Assembly (NCBI RefSeq): GCF_006345805.1
Contig: NC_043007.1
Coordinates: 60,946,001-61,010,000, forward strand
Source: Octopus sinensis
Taxonomy: Eukaryota
Direction: 5' to 3'
Length of the DNA stretch: 64,000 nucleotides
This document shows, piece by piece, positions 12,108-27,400 of the stretch (positions within the stretch are counted from its first letter, which is position 1; each line of letters opens with the position of its first letter). The notes below the pieces were generated by a model. That model did not search any database. It saw only the letters and a program-made list of their open reading frames with translations, and was not told the origin of the DNA. The position numbers and the translations under genes are program-made.

Positions 12108-12363
12108 TATGCCAAAAATAATAAACACACACAGTGGTTCAATATCGTTTCTTTACTGTAAGTCAATTGGTTAATTATTTAGCCAGCTAATTGATATCAA
12201 TGATGATGTTGTGAATAGTAATGAAAGGACTTTGGCAAACAACCAATTGATTGTTTAACCAACACATTAAACAAACAAATGGTAAGTTAGCTGGCTAAAT
12301 AATTAACCAACTGAACAATAAAGTGACACTAAACCAGTGCATGTGTTTATTATTGTTGGTATG
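12108..12363. repeat. Foldback / MITE-like element with ~80-bp inverted arms
   Basis: ggttaattatttagccagctaa versus ttagctggctaaataattaacc, extending to aataataaacac / gtgtttattatt. Confidence 0.8.
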
Positions 12364-15266
12364 ACTCTCCCAAGATACAGCAACAGTAGTTTCACATTAA
12401 TGCTTAGAGGACATGAAGATAAAATGTGCTTCTAAATGGAAAGCAATCTTAGTGTGTAACCCTGGGTATATGTCTGAAAAACAACAGATAGAAAGTTGAT
12501 AAAGTTTGTTTCTTAAACTGGATCATTATAAAAATATTTGGCTTGCTCATTCTTATGTTGTCAGATTAAACTCTACTTTAATCACTTAATCTCTAGCCTA
12601 TTTGTTTTGGTTTACTTATCTGATTGTCCAAGTTAACTAATGATAGGTATTAATATTGCATATGTATCTAAAATATATACACTACACCATGAATATAAAC
12701 AGTAACAAAGTTACAGAAAATACTGTAATCATCATATAACTATATAAAACATGTCAATATTTATTCTATAAAGTTATTTACAAAGACAGAATGTTTGCTT
12801 TTCAATGCTAGCATGTGTTAGACAAATATATTACTGAGGCATTGTTTTACAACTGGACGTCCTTCTTTTGGATAAACCTGTGTTTTTCAAGTAAAGGATC
12901 TCTTATTCTACACTCCTTCAAAGGTGCAAAGACAGTGAACGATATTTTGACAGGAAATAATGTCATCACTTGTTCAGTGGTTTTTGGAGAGCTACAAATT
13001 AAAACACACACACATACACAATGAGCTTCATAGTTTCCAAAAACCAAATTCACCAAGCTTTTGGTCTGCCAGGAATTACAGTATAAGGCAGTTGTTCAAG
13101 GTGCTATGTAGTGACACCGAAGAGGAGTGGACTTCTTAATCACACAGTCATGCCTGTAAAAATAAAAAGTTAAACTATAAATTATCACATTTACTTGTGA
13201 TAAAAGACAGAGCAACTTGGTATAGAAGATGTGGAAGAAGTTGTAGAGGTGTTAACTTGTCGTAATGTATTAGTAGAGCCATGAAGACCAGTCCTTAGTC
13301 TGGGTGACTATGTAGGGACTGAATTAGCAGTGGGTGGGTCATCACAGTCACGAATATCGATAGGCTTAACAGCTGCAGCAGAACTGGGACAAATTGGCCT
13401 GAATAAATTAATCAAGTTTTAGTTGGTTACCTTGCTGATGCTGCTTCTGAATAATGAGTTCCTCTAAGGCTCTGAGATGTTGATAATCTTGCTGGACATC
13501 AGTTTTTATTGACAAGTCAATATATGAAATGATTAATGACATTATGAAGGGATTCTAGTATAATAAGAAAGAGTTTGGGTTTCTTAAGCTATGGCTTGTT
13601 GTCTTCATCTTCAATGTTTCTGTTGTTATCAACAACTTCATCTGCCATTTCCTTTTGGTCTCCTGGGCCACCTCTGCATCTGGCTAAAGTCAAATTCTCA
13701 TGTCATCTTCTGCAACGTCTTACTTGCCATTTGAACTATACAATGAAAATCCCTTGCTTCAAATTCATATCCTATCTTCACATTGTACAAAGTGTTTTTC
13801 CAAGCATTTGTATAACAATGGTTTTGAGTGCATTCCATGAAGCTGCTAACTTGTGGTTATACTTCTTGTTGTTACTACCACTTCTTTATTCCTATATGCT
13901 ATCCCAAAGTGTCCTCTTCTATCCCCTTGAGAGCTTCATTCAAAAATCTTCATTGGTATGTCTTGCAAGCTACAATTTCTTGATTCATGTTGCTGGATTG
14001 TCGTGATTAATATTGAGTTGAAAGAACATATACTTTATTTTACCCTCATTGCTGACAAGTAGCTACCCTCCCAGTTAAACAAATGCAGTGTCCAAAATTA
14101 GTAGAAATTTCAGCACATCAGGAGAAATATGAGGACATCCTCCTCATATTTAAGCATCCCAGGAATTAAATGTGGGGAAAGACCAGTCATTAGAGATATA
14201 CGTAATGAATGAACCACAATTTCTTGGAATAGTACTAACACACAGATAGCTGTTGCATTGTCTTTCAATGCCACACCACCACAAACTTCAAATGGTGCAT
14301 AACAAATGCATTCATACAACACAACACCAAAAGTCACTCCTTACACTAGGTACAGAGGCTTCATTTTGATACTCTGTTAGTCACCATCAAACAAATCATT
14401 TACTTTTCTATTGTAGATTTGGGAAATTAGCTCTTTACACTTAATTGCATCTTCCTGAATTAGATTTTCATAATTAATGATTTATTTTCATTAGACATAA
14501 GGGATAATTTAATTATGTAATGAAATATAACATATCTTGAAAGGCACAACAATGCAGAATGAACTATAATAACTGTTATAATTTAATTATTCATAGGCTG
14601 ATATAATATTTTGGAATATAAAAATCCCTTCTTCAGATTTTGCTGGGAATTGATTGAGTCACTGCTATAATTGGTTTTACAACGGTTACTGATTATTATG
14701 TAATAATGTCACTCTCAGCATATTTCTTATTTACTTTATTGACTTTTGACAAATGGAAATGTAGACTCAAAACCTCAGTGGAATCTGAAACTAAATATTT
14801 TAAGGTATTTAATTCAGTATTATATCTCTTAGAACAATCAACAAATTGAAAGCATTTAAACCGGCTGTATTTAGTCCAAATATTCCACCTGTTTTATGTT
14901 CAAACTGGCCAAATCCAGTCTCTCACACCTACTCTACAATGTCCTTCTAAAGATAAACAAACATATCATCAAAATATCAAGCATGATTAATTTAAAACAA
15001 TGCAACTGGCAGAGTAATATAAATGCTAAAGGGTCAAATTTCTTTACTCATTTTTTTTTTAATCAGTTGAAAAATATTTGGAAATATAAGGAAAATAAAT
15101 TGAAAATTTCAGCCATAATTTTACTTCCAACATTTAATTTCCCATATAAATATTTTTTTTGTTTTTTGCATTTAGTTTTGTTTTTATTAGATTTCAATTC
15201 ATTTATAACTTTTAACACATTTGAGTAAGGTCAAATCATAGTGATATACAGATAACTGATCTGTGG

Positions 15267-15414
15267 TCATTCTGCATTGGTGAAGCTAATTTCTTCATCT
15301 AATTTATGTTCTTCAGTAGCTGATGATGGTATATTTTCAAATGAAACTGTTGATTCTGGCGTATTCATTAGAAGAGCATCTTGCATATTTCGAGCATATT
15401 TTTGAGCCTTCTCT
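15267..15414 (-). CDS. bHLH gene last coding exon
   Basis: tttccag|A GAG AAG GCT...GCA GAA TGA; (R)EKAQKYARNMQDALLMNTPES...FTNAE*. Phase 2 matches the preceding exon. Confidence 0.85.
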
Positions 15415-18400
15415 CTGGAAATATCATTAAAAGACACAAAGAAATAAATAACTTGTTAATAAACAGAGATTACAAAAATAATATAATACTTTGGTAAATT
15501 GTAATTGTTACCAAATTTCATTTGTTACATAACATATTTGTATAACCTTGAAATTAAATTTTGTTTCTGTTATTTAAACTTGCAGATTGACAAATGATTT
15601 TTAAAAATCAGAATAATTCCATACAAAATAAAGGCTAATCTTAACATTTCACAGAATAACAGGCTCTTTAGTTTGTGGCTTCCATGTAACTTTACCCCTA
15701 GTTTTTAGGATTAGTTTCCTACTTATTTTAGAGTGTAAATGACTTCTGAAAATCCATGTTCTGTATATGTTACTTCATAAAAATGTTTGCAAAGAAAAAA
15801 AAAATTTTAATCCCACATTGGATTTCTGGGATCAAACAATGGTTTGAACTTTAGGCCACTACGAAATATTTTCAATGCCCCCATTTCTTTTATTTTCACT
15901 CTAGCTTATACATAATTGCACACAAATCATAGTAGTATTAGCAGCAGAATGGCATAGGTGTTATATTTAATGTGTAGCGGTCTATACCTTGATTTGACCC
16001 TTGGATTTGTTTTCCAATCAGAAAATTCTGTGTAAACTGGAATTTTGGTAGACTGAGTGATTATGTCAGCAAAAATCTAATCAATAAAATTATTCATAAA
16101 TTACTGGAGCTTCAAGTGATGATGTCACACAGATCTGGCCAAATCAGACTTATTTTGAAGTATATAAAAAGAGACTATTTCCAAGAAACTAAAGTTTAGA
16201 AGTCAGGAACTTAGCAATGTGAGTGGCAAAGTGTAACACCAGGCAAATTCTTGTATTTAGTAGGATCTCCAGTTAGGACTGTCAAAAGAATGGATTGTAA
16301 AATGTACTGCCTGCACTAAATCAGGAATATTCTTGCTTTCTTGTGAACACTCATACTATTACTATGAGTAAGTATCAGCTTGATGATCTAGGGAATAACA
16401 CTGCTGAAGTTGTACTAAAGATATATTTCATTAATGCTAAGGGACTAAGACATTATTTTTGCTATAAAGCTGTAAGGATGCTAGTTATATTTATCCTTGA
16501 GTCAAACAAATTCAGGAATTTTGCATAAAAAATAAGGACAAGTATGGCCATTATCATGCAGTTTTTATTCATGAATATATGATGTACCATGAATTTACAT
16601 GATATCCCTATTTGTAGGTCATGAAGAAGATGCATCATTTTAATGTATATGATAAATCTCAAAGTATTTTACATGCAGCAGCATCTTATATGACAATGAA
16701 CATAATAAGTTTGTTTTCTATAATTATATCCAATGAGAATACAGAACTTTTCTCACGTAAACCTTTTCTCATGTAAAGGTTGTTGTATCACTCTTAATTA
16801 CAATAGAAGTGCAATGCTTTTTTTCACTACAAAGAAACTAAGCTGATTGTTTTATAGACCTCAGCCAATGCTGGATGTTTGGCACTGGCCTATTTAATTG
16901 CAAACCATCTTACAAGTGCTACCATAATTCAAACTGCTTCACTTCTGCAAGTGACTAAGACACCATAACATCTTGATGTCTGATTTTGATTTGTCATACT
17001 CCATCATCACCATCATAATCATCATCAACAACACGTGATATTTTACGTAACTAGGTATGATTTATCAATATATCAATAAATTAAAATTGAATACTATTTC
17101 CTGCTTACCCACTCAGGTAGCAGTTCAGTATCTTCAATTCTTGTTCAGTTGGTCTACTCCTCCTATATCTTCATCATTAACTTTTGTAAGATGTAGGACA
17201 CTAATATTTATACACACACATTACTTAACTTGTTTTGTTACAATATTTCTAATTAAAATACTATCCTTTAGTTAAATTTTAAAATAATAGTGAACTTAGT
17301 CTGATTTTGTAAAACACTTATAAACTTTCTAAGGCAGCGTTCTGAGCACTACTTAGAAAATGTTAACACAAATATATGATAGAATTTTGTTTCAAATCTG
17401 CTCTAATTACTGATAATTACAAGTAAATGCAGTGAACTGTTAAATAATTTAAATATCATGATGTAAAATGAATTATTAATCCACTAATCCCCACAAATAA
17501 AATACAATTCTAGTGCAGAAAACTTGTGAACATTTTGAATTGGACCCAAATGAATATAGAACAAATAACATGAAACATGAAATACCGAAATTTATCAAAA
17601 CATTTAAAAGTTATAAAATGAAATTAATTCATTCACTATAATCTGATTAAGCCCATATGTTTGATTCAGATACTGATATGCCTCAAGCCAAAATACTATT
17701 GTTAAGTCAAGCAGCAGTAAGTTTAAAACTTATTCCATTTCCACCTAACAGTCCTGTCTTCAGGTTTATTCAAGAGAAAATGCTATATTTGATGTCAACC
17801 ATCTGGTCAAAATCTACACTAAACACAAAATTATGGCAACTGCTAAAAGACAACACCTTTTATACCATTGTGTAACAATTATTTCTTCAATTGCTCCAGA
17901 GAAATACACAGCTCATCAACAAAGGACAATGTCTCCATGTGTCTAACACACGTGGACATGCCTACAAAGTCAGAAAACAATACAGCTCTCATGACTTTCG
18001 GAAACATTTTTTCACGCTCAGAGTTGCTGAAGCATGGAATAAACTGCCTGCGTCAGTTGTTGACTGCCATGACACTGCATCTTTTAAGGCCCTCATGCTT
18101 TCCGAAATCCGCCGAAACTACACCTGATTATATATACACTTTAGATGAGTTGTAGTGCACCTGAGCACTGTACACAATTATTATTATTATTATTATTATA
18201 TTATTATTGAACTGTAAATTGGAATAGAAGATAAGGTAGTGGAAGTTATCATTATTTTCAATAACATATGTGGCCCTACATTACTGCCATCAGTAGTATA
18301 TGTGGGAGAAATGGCCTTTAACACCTGGCCCTTCACTAGTCCTCAATAACATATGTAGGAGAAATGGTAAGAATAAGCAATGTCAGTCTTAAATGCATGT

Positions 18401-21400
18401 TATCACTGCAAAGATGAAATATCCTTGTACTTCAATATGGTGAGTAACTGTGCATAACATACCTGACAACTGTCAAAGAAAAATGTGCTTTGATGATGTT
18501 GCAGTCAACAAGAGTACAACTGGTTCTGTAATCCTATTAGCTGTTAGTGCTTAATATCCACTAACGAATCAAACTGATGAAAGAAATTAACTCTGATGAG
18601 TGAGGATAGGCAACACTGCAATAATGAATACCCATTTAAATAAGTCACAGACTCAGATCAAATATTAGTGATATCTAATGAAAGATAGTGAGATATGAGT
18701 GATTAACAGCTTGAAATAACATGAAAGTAGGTTGTACCTTACTGTGTTTTTGAGTAAATAGTAACAAACTCACTTTTACTCTTATGTCAACAAGAAATAG
18801 TCTATCAGTTATCTTATCAGTCACATGAAAATTTTGAGTTAAATCAGGACAAAGTAGATTCATCACTTTTAATCTCTGTCTATGGTTACTTTCTTTGAAG
18901 AAGAATCTTTCTTGTGTGAACACACATAAGTGTTCTGACCAAACTCTCAATGATGATAACATAGTAATATGCTTATCCATATTGCCATGTTATTTCACTA
19001 CCCAACATTCCACCTGAGATGGGTGCTAAAACTTCACACAACACTAGATTACATCCATTAGATTACTGGAATAGACATCATACATAGTCAACCTATTTCA
19101 GTAGCAGATATATTTATATTCATCAACAACATGAACACATGTCCGGTACACCACCAACTGTCAAGGAATCACAACCACCCACATGTTCCAAAAGATCTAA
19201 TTAGTCACAAGTTCATTTGTTGTGATACAATTGAGAAACCACTTCAAATACCTAATACAAAATGTTAAAGCTTAAGTATTTTGTTACTGATGTATACAAC
19301 AAAAAGAAAACAGCATTGACCATCTGAAGCAAACACATTTGAAGAGTGATCTGTCACCAAATCCATTATTATTGCTCTGAAAATTACTTACTTATAAGGT
19401 CTTTGTTTATCCTCAGACATGTTCCTCCAGGTGTGTCCCATCATTTTACTAATGTGAGAAGTGTGAACACCAGGGTTAGCACTATAATAAATTAAAATAC
19501 AATATCACAATAAGTAAATTACAAAGCTGGCAGTACAACAGCTTTAATAGTTAATGTGTGTGGTCAAGATACTAGAAATAACAGCAAAATCTCTCTCAAA
19601 TGATACAGTTATCCTAGAAAAGGATACACTGAATAATGTAGATAAAGTACTAGCTTTTTCTGGGCAGCAGGATTTTTTTAGTTTTCAACTATTTTGGTTC
19701 AGATTGCACCTGTTGTGTTGGTTTTGAGCAAGAAACTCTCAGGAGTCAACCATAATACTGAGGTCTTTTAGAGATGCTTTTAGGCTGTCCTTGAATGTTT
19801 TCTTTTGCTCTCTCTCTCCCCATCAATCTAAAAGCTCAAAATTCTGCAACAGATTAGTTATAATGAGCATGTAATTTCTAAATAAATAAAAGATTAAGTA
19901 ATACTATAATAATTCTTGGAATTTAGTATTAATTATCATTGTAGGTAAATTAGATAATCCCAAAGATTAAACAACGAAATATTAGGTTTTTTATTATTAA
20001 CAAAACAGGAATTAATAATGGAAGATATATATTCCCAAAGGAATGTGTGACAGAACAAGGTCAGTGATTAGCTTACTCAATAAATTTTCTCCTATTCATC
20101 TGACTGAACATCATAAAACCATTCATCCAGGAAACTCGCCGGTGATCTATTTTAGGGAGGTATTCAATTTTATCTGTTTTCATTTTACTTTGAATAAAAA
20201 TAGAAACAGCTTCAGTTAAACATTCATATTGCAAACAGCTCACATTTCACAAAGTATAATATAATAACTTAACCATTTAGCATTCAGATTACTCTGTAAA
20301 AGTATTTAAAAATTTATTTCATTATATTACATATATAACATGTATTTGGTCCATATTTAACGTAAAATCACATTAAAATACAAATCAAAGACTGAAGAAA
20401 ACAAAAATATAAGAGAGGTGAAAAGAAATAGAAAAAGAAAACATCTATTCAACACCAAGTGCCTCAATTGGTTGTACACCACAAGGTTCAACGGGACCTA
20501 CTGAAGCAAGCCATTATACTCATGGCCCTACCACGAGCGATGGTGAGGCTAAGCTATCAGAAGAGCCAAGCACCATCATGGGCATCACTTGATGCCACAG
20601 TAATGCGAACTGCCAACGATCACAAGAACTTCACTGTTAATGGCCCGGCTACTCCAAACATCTCAAACACCACAGACCAGAAGAAATGGTTTACTGACAA
20701 GTTCAGATACTTAAGGATTTTGTACCATTCGGCTACAGAAGTAGTGACCCTCCCATTTACTGCAGCATCCAGGGTGTGGGAGAGTGCAAAGGAGTCACAA
20801 ACTGCAATGTCCCAGATAAGGCACCTACCTCTTGCCCAGGGACAAAAGGTAAGACCATGTGGTTTCTTCCCATCACTTCAGAATCAAGGGAATATTAACC
20901 TAAGTCAGTGCCTACTTAATGATTAAGTTTAGCTCAGTGACAAGCAAAACGACTAGCATTTAGGTGGCAAGGCAAACCATGAAGGCCAGTGGAGTAAAAT
21001 GTAATGCTTATTTACATTGCATTGTATTAATCACGTGATATCTTGCAGCTTCAAGATTTAGATGATGTGATTGTTTATTTTTAAAATGACATAATAGAGA
21101 AGGTGAGAAGCTAGATCTGGCCAGTTTAATGTTAAAGGATTAAAGAAGTATAAAAAGTATAGCGATAGCTAAAATAGTCAATTTTAACTTTATATGAAGT
21201 CAGTAATGCAATAATTATTATGCATACATTGTACCTTGTAGGTTTGAAAAAAGTGCATCAATCTTCATTTCAGTATACCTAAATATGCAGTTTGCTAGTT
21301 TCTGACAATGTCATGCAAATGTTTGAATGTTTGGACTTTCAAACCAATGTCAGTACAAGATGGATGCCAAACTGACAAAAATGGTTTTCTAATAAAAACA

Positions 21401-24400
21401 ATAATGTCCACGGATTTATATAACTTAATGTTACAAATTTTAAAAACAAATTATTTCAGTTAGATAAATGTTTATAGCCTAGATGCCATCTCTCTTTATT
21501 TCCTGAAACCCATCCAGATGCAGGAAGGATCCCTCACATTTTAACACTATTGTTATTTTCGATAAAATTTTTAAATATTAGAAGAATAGAAATATAAGCA
21601 GTTGGAAGAGCAACTGAGTATGGTCAGGTACAGTATTATATAAAGGCGGTGAATTGATGCAGTCATTAGAGCACCAGGCAGAATATTTTACATTATTTGG
21701 TCTGAGTGCAACAATTTCAAATCTTACTAAGGTCAACTTTGCCTTTCATCCTATTGGGGTAAAAAAAAAATTACAATTGAAAGTAGTGGATTGGTGAAAC
21801 TGTAAAAATGTCAAATCAGATGCCTTTCAGTATTTATTCTGGCACTGTGTTCTCAAATAAAATCCTGCTATGGCCTAGTTGCGCGGTAAAGTTTAACCAC
21901 TTGCCTGTTATACAGCAAAGGCACTACCTTCCTTCCTGGTTAAAAATCATAAAAAGAAAAACAAGCCCACTAAGTTTATAACCATGGTTGCATATATGCA
22001 CATAGCTGCTATTGTTATTGAGTAGGTAATTATAACAAGAACAGACATAGAGGGACAACAGAGGGATTACAGGAAATGCTAATTGAGCCAACCATAGGTT
22101 CTCTAAATAGGTATTTTTCTAGTTCCCATAATAAACAATCTGAATATAATGATGTAAAAAATATTTCTTTAAAAAAAAAATAGCTAAAAATGAAATAAGA
22201 TCAAACCTTTCACAACTGTCAAATGGTTCCTTATCACTAGATGCCTGATCCATCTTCTGACGTCGTATATTGGCCACTTCATGAAACTTCCATTCATAGG
22301 ATTCAAACTGATCATCATCTGTGATAATTCATAACAAAACCTAAGCCCAACAATGACATCTTCATGTGAAAACAACCATGGGTAATATCAAGAAGTTATT
22401 GTGTGTAATATCAGGAAATATGGCATACATACAGTAATAAGAATTTAACTTTTTATCTAACTATTTGGTGCATGTACAAAATGATGAAATGAACATTAAT
22501 TTTCTGAAGAAAATTATTTATTACCTTAAGGTAAAATTAAATAAAACAAATTTCTCATTTGTATATTTGCAATAAGTATTTTTCTAAATTTTATCAACAC
22601 AACTGCACTCTACTCCACTGGAAACCTATCTCTGCAAAATCTGAACTCCTCCTATAACTACTTGTCATTTACTCCCTCTCCTCCTTCTCTTCTATCACTA
22701 TTATTCTTTATATCTTTCACTGTGTATATGTAAATGTGTGGGTATGTGTATAGCAATCCTTTACTCATTGCAAGTCACTAAGCCTAGTATGTGCACTCAT
22801 CCTAAACCTCTTATGTCAACTTTCTCTGTATCTCTCTTTTATGCTCTCTATACAATGTAAAGTGTAACTCTTTTGGTACTAAGGGTGACTCAGACTGCAC
22901 CAGTTGTTCTGGTTTTAGACAAGCAGCTCCTAGGAACTGCTTGTCTCTAAAAGAGATGCTTTTAGATTGTCCTCGAACATCTTCATTTGTTCCTCACCTC
23001 CACTGGCATACTTTCCATGAAGTATTCACCATAGAGGAATTACTTTGGGATGCAATATTCTGACAGGCCCAGGCCATTTCACATGGGCCTTATGCAAGTG
23101 GTTTACAAGTATAGGTTATGTGTGTATGTGTACATACATATTTATATATCATCAGCTTCCTCATAATTTCATTGACTGACTAGTTTTGAACATTGACCTT
23201 CTCACATATACAGTTGACTTAAAATGAAAATGCACAGAACCTAGTGCATTATCACTGCACTTGCTGAAGTTACTCTCATTGTTGTAGGTTTACATCATTT
23301 CAATTGCATAATTTTTCAGAATTACTAGCTAAAAAAAAGTCAAATATTTTGATAACAAAAAATTCTCTCTTCTTCAACAATCCATATCTTCAGTTATCAT
23401 TTCTGTTCCATAATGATAGAAATAACAGATTTATTTCAAAAACTTGTGAAGTACAAGCAGGTTAGTGAAAAACGAGGTCCTGTCATCTTCAGCGGCAGAA
23501 ATCCTCATTATATAACATGAAAAGTCATTATTGATGATGTCTTTCATAGATTAGAGAAGGAATGGTAACACTTATAACATTTTCAGAAATGGCAAAACTG
23601 GAGAGAAATGTATAGGAAAAAACCACAATTTATGGTTTGCTGCAACATATTAAGATCTTCAGTTCCTCAGATAACCAATGATCAGGTGATGTTATCATAT
23701 TGCAAAATTATTCAAGTTTAGGCATTTACAGTGTCATAGGAACCCTACTCAATCAAAGATTAAAATAGGCCCATTAAGTGCTCACGCCACTCACTCAATC
23801 ATCTGTCACACTAATTCCATTCTCGTATGCTTATATACCCACCCACCTTTTCTGCTCCTCTATCCCACTTCTGTCTCTCATATTCACCTTGACCTCATAT
23901 CTCTCTCTCTTTCCCTCTCCCTCTATCTTTCTAGATAAGGAAGCCATGTATTTACCACTTAGCAAAACACTTGTTCATGTCCTTTTATCATACTTTCATA
24001 TCCCTCAGTACCATACCCAACTCAGCTGAGAATACTTCGTAGCCTCACTAGTGCTGGTGCCACAATGAAAGCACCCAGTACACTCGGTGAAGTGGCTGGC
24101 ATTCAGAAGAGCATACAGTTTGTCACAGCAGACATTGGAGCTCAGTGCAACTTTCAGGCTTGTCAGTTCATGTTGAACAGTCTAAACCAAGCCAGCATGG
24201 GAAAAGGGATCTTAAATTATGATGATGATGAGCTACGAGAAGGTAGATATATGGGCCATCCAATTTTAAAAGACACTAAGACAAAGTCATTATTTAACAA
24301 GGGAGCCTCCATGTTGTTGCTCAACCGGCTAAATATTGCTAAAAGAAGAACCAGAGAGAATTAAGAAACACTATTGCTAGGATTATGGTATACAACTATT

Positions 24401-27400
24401 ATGATAATTTTTTAAATACTAGTAAGGAAGAAATACAGTTAATACCCCAGTTTTCTCCTACTTGTTTCATCAATCCAATAGGTATGAAATATGAAGCAGA
24501 TTCTAGAATATAAAGTACCACAAAACAATTGGTTTAGTCTGTACTATCGCTTTGGTTATGACACATAACATCAGACACCAATATTTAAAGAAAGATGATG
24601 ACTAACTCTGACACTAAGCCACACATTTTCAGGGAGAGTAGTAGTTAATTTAATCAACTAGTATTTACTTTATTACTTTGGGGTCAATAAAAATTTGGAG
24701 AGAAACTGTCAACTGAACCAGTCTCAGTATATGAAGAACTCCATGAGAATGAAAAGTAAAATATTAATAAAGATGATAAATCTTTGAATAAAATCTAACC
24801 TTTTTTAACAATGGCACTCCTTAACTGCCTTTGTAAGCTATATTTCAATGGTTGCCCACAATCATCTGGTGAATATCTATCAGAGTAATCACAGTTTGCT
24901 TGATTTATCAATGCTGTCTCTTTGAATGAACCAAGATCACTAGGGTTTGAAAGCATGGTTGGTTGTTTGGTAACTTTCATAAAAGTGACAGGAGACACAG
25001 TGTTAGGAGAGACAAATTTGAGCTCCTCTGCAGGTTCCTCAGATGCTTCAAACTTTTGCCCTTCTTGAACTCCTTTAAAATTTTCCAAGATCTGCATTTA
25101 GAAAATACATAAAAATCATTCAGAAATGTGAATATCACTTAATTTTAAGATTATTATAGAAGCTGAAGCCCTCATCTGTGCAGAATGACCTATTTATTTT
25201 TATCAGAATACAAATCTTATTATCACCTTGTATCTATTCATTTTTACCAACACTATTCCCAGTGGAAATGGTTTTTATTTAAATTTGTGATAAACTACTG
25301 TTCATACAACTGGTTCAAATGCCAATGTTCCTTCTTCACTCACTTGACAGTGCACATATTAATATAGGACTTTGCAGTAAAAATTACCTAAATTACTGGT
25401 AAATCTCATCAATTAACAGCATTTATTATTGTTATTGGTTTTAGTTACTTATGAAGCCCATGCCAATAATGATTGGACAAATTTAATATTTTAGCACAGA
25501 TGTAATTACAAAATAATAAAAAAGTAGCAAATGAAGTCATCAACAAATATAACAATATGTCATGTAAAAAAGCACCCATTACACTCTTGGAGTGCATTAG
25601 GAAGGACATCCAGTAGTAGAAACCATTCCAAATCAGACTGGAACCTGGTGCAGCTCTCCGGCTTACCAGTTCTAGTCAAACTGTCTAACCCATGCCAGTA
25701 TGGAAAGTGGATGTTAAATGATGATGATGATGATGGAAGTTTGCAAAAAAAATTTGTAAATAAACAAAAGGTAAAAAAAATCATTGCTAAGAAAATCATT
25801 GAAGACAAGCAATTACCTGAGGCAACATTGGGTCACCAGTAAGAAGAGCTGGGTGCTTCAGTTTATATTCAGATATCAAACATGGAGTTTGAGTAACTGT
25901 AATAACCTCGCCAGGAGCAGATTCAGCAAACTAAAAATTTTATAGGAAACTGAATAAATAGCATATTAAACTAGTCGTATTCTTTTTAAAGTGAATTTTA
26001 GAAATGTTTTCCTGTCGTTGATAAAAAACAGGTAATTTATATGAAGTTTGCATAAGAAATGTAATGCTGTTGGCAACAGCCACAGACAACCTGACTTTAA
26101 TTCATTACAACATGAATCTTAAAAGAAGCCTCCATCCCCTGATGCTCATAACAAGTCCTACAATGTCCTGACCTGGACCTCCAGAGCTTACTGCCCAATG
26201 TTCAAGCTTGTTCACAATGTCAATGAGGGATACATTATAAAGTTCATCTGTTTACTGTATTTCCATACTCTACTGCTTGATGCTTGAAATTTTCAGCAAT
26301 GTTATCATGATACTTAAACAAAAACTGAAATAGACAGGGTGGTTCAGAAGTTCTCATATAACAATCTTTTTATACCTTTCATAATAATGAGTTGCTTATG
26401 CACGAGCATACTGTAATTTTATGTACTTCTACTGTTAGTAATATTACGACAATTATAACATATCAAAGTAATATTAAGACAATTATAACATATCTTACCG
26501 TAGGATCATGAAGTACAACTTTTTGTTCTAAATTTAATTCTGGATTTTTAAGTTCTATAGAAAGAGGAAAATATATTGAGAGACTATTACATAATTACAG
26601 ACATATTTTTATTTATTATTATGCCCCTCTATACAATATATTAGAATTGTATTAAAGTTAATCATAGCATACTCAAACTATTGTGTAGCTGAACAGAAAG
26701 TGTTAGTATCCTGGCTAAAGAATAGTGAATTTGTATTCTATCATTAATTTAATGCTGTGAGCAATATTCTGAAACACATCAACATAAATAGTAAAAGAGA
26801 AGGTAAGAAAAGAGAGTAGGGATTATCTATATATATATAAGAGAGAGAGAGAGAGATGTGCACGCACATGCATTTCCTTATGAATTCAGAAACTGAGTTG
26901 CCGATTTTGACATATGCAGCTCCTATTAAAATATCTAACCCATGCCAACATGGAAAACGGACATTAAATGATGATGATGATGATGAATTGAATGCAATTG
27001 TTTTAAGTCAGAAGAGTTAGAATGCTAAATATTTATTAAAAAAAAATCTAAAACGCACTAAATATCTTTTATCTAATAATTGCAATAAGCCCACCCCGCA
27101 CCTTAATAACAGATTTCTTATGTGCCCATATAAAAATGAAACTATAGATTGTTAATTGGATGAATAGGAAATAGTGTAAAGTGTTTCAAAAGACAAAGTA
27201 ACATTCATTAGCACTAACCTGTTTCACAAGTTGGAGTCACAATACTAAATGTATAGGTACCTACAATCAATCCATCATTGGGAAGGAAAATATTTAATGT
27301 ATTGTCATTATCAGTTTCACAGGTGAAGTTGAAATCTGGAGAAAATTGGTTCCCTTCTGTGTCTATTACTGTGGAACAAGGTTTCATGGCGTTGTTTGAA

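Noticed and set aside
14110-14337. TFGVVLYECICYAPFE resembling kinase subdomain IX or an integrase
   Set aside because: No other kinase or integrase motifs are in frame; probably a decayed unclassified repeat.
20459-20926. 155-aa + strand ORF
   Set aside because: It is the antisense shadow of the CRE-type endonuclease remnant.
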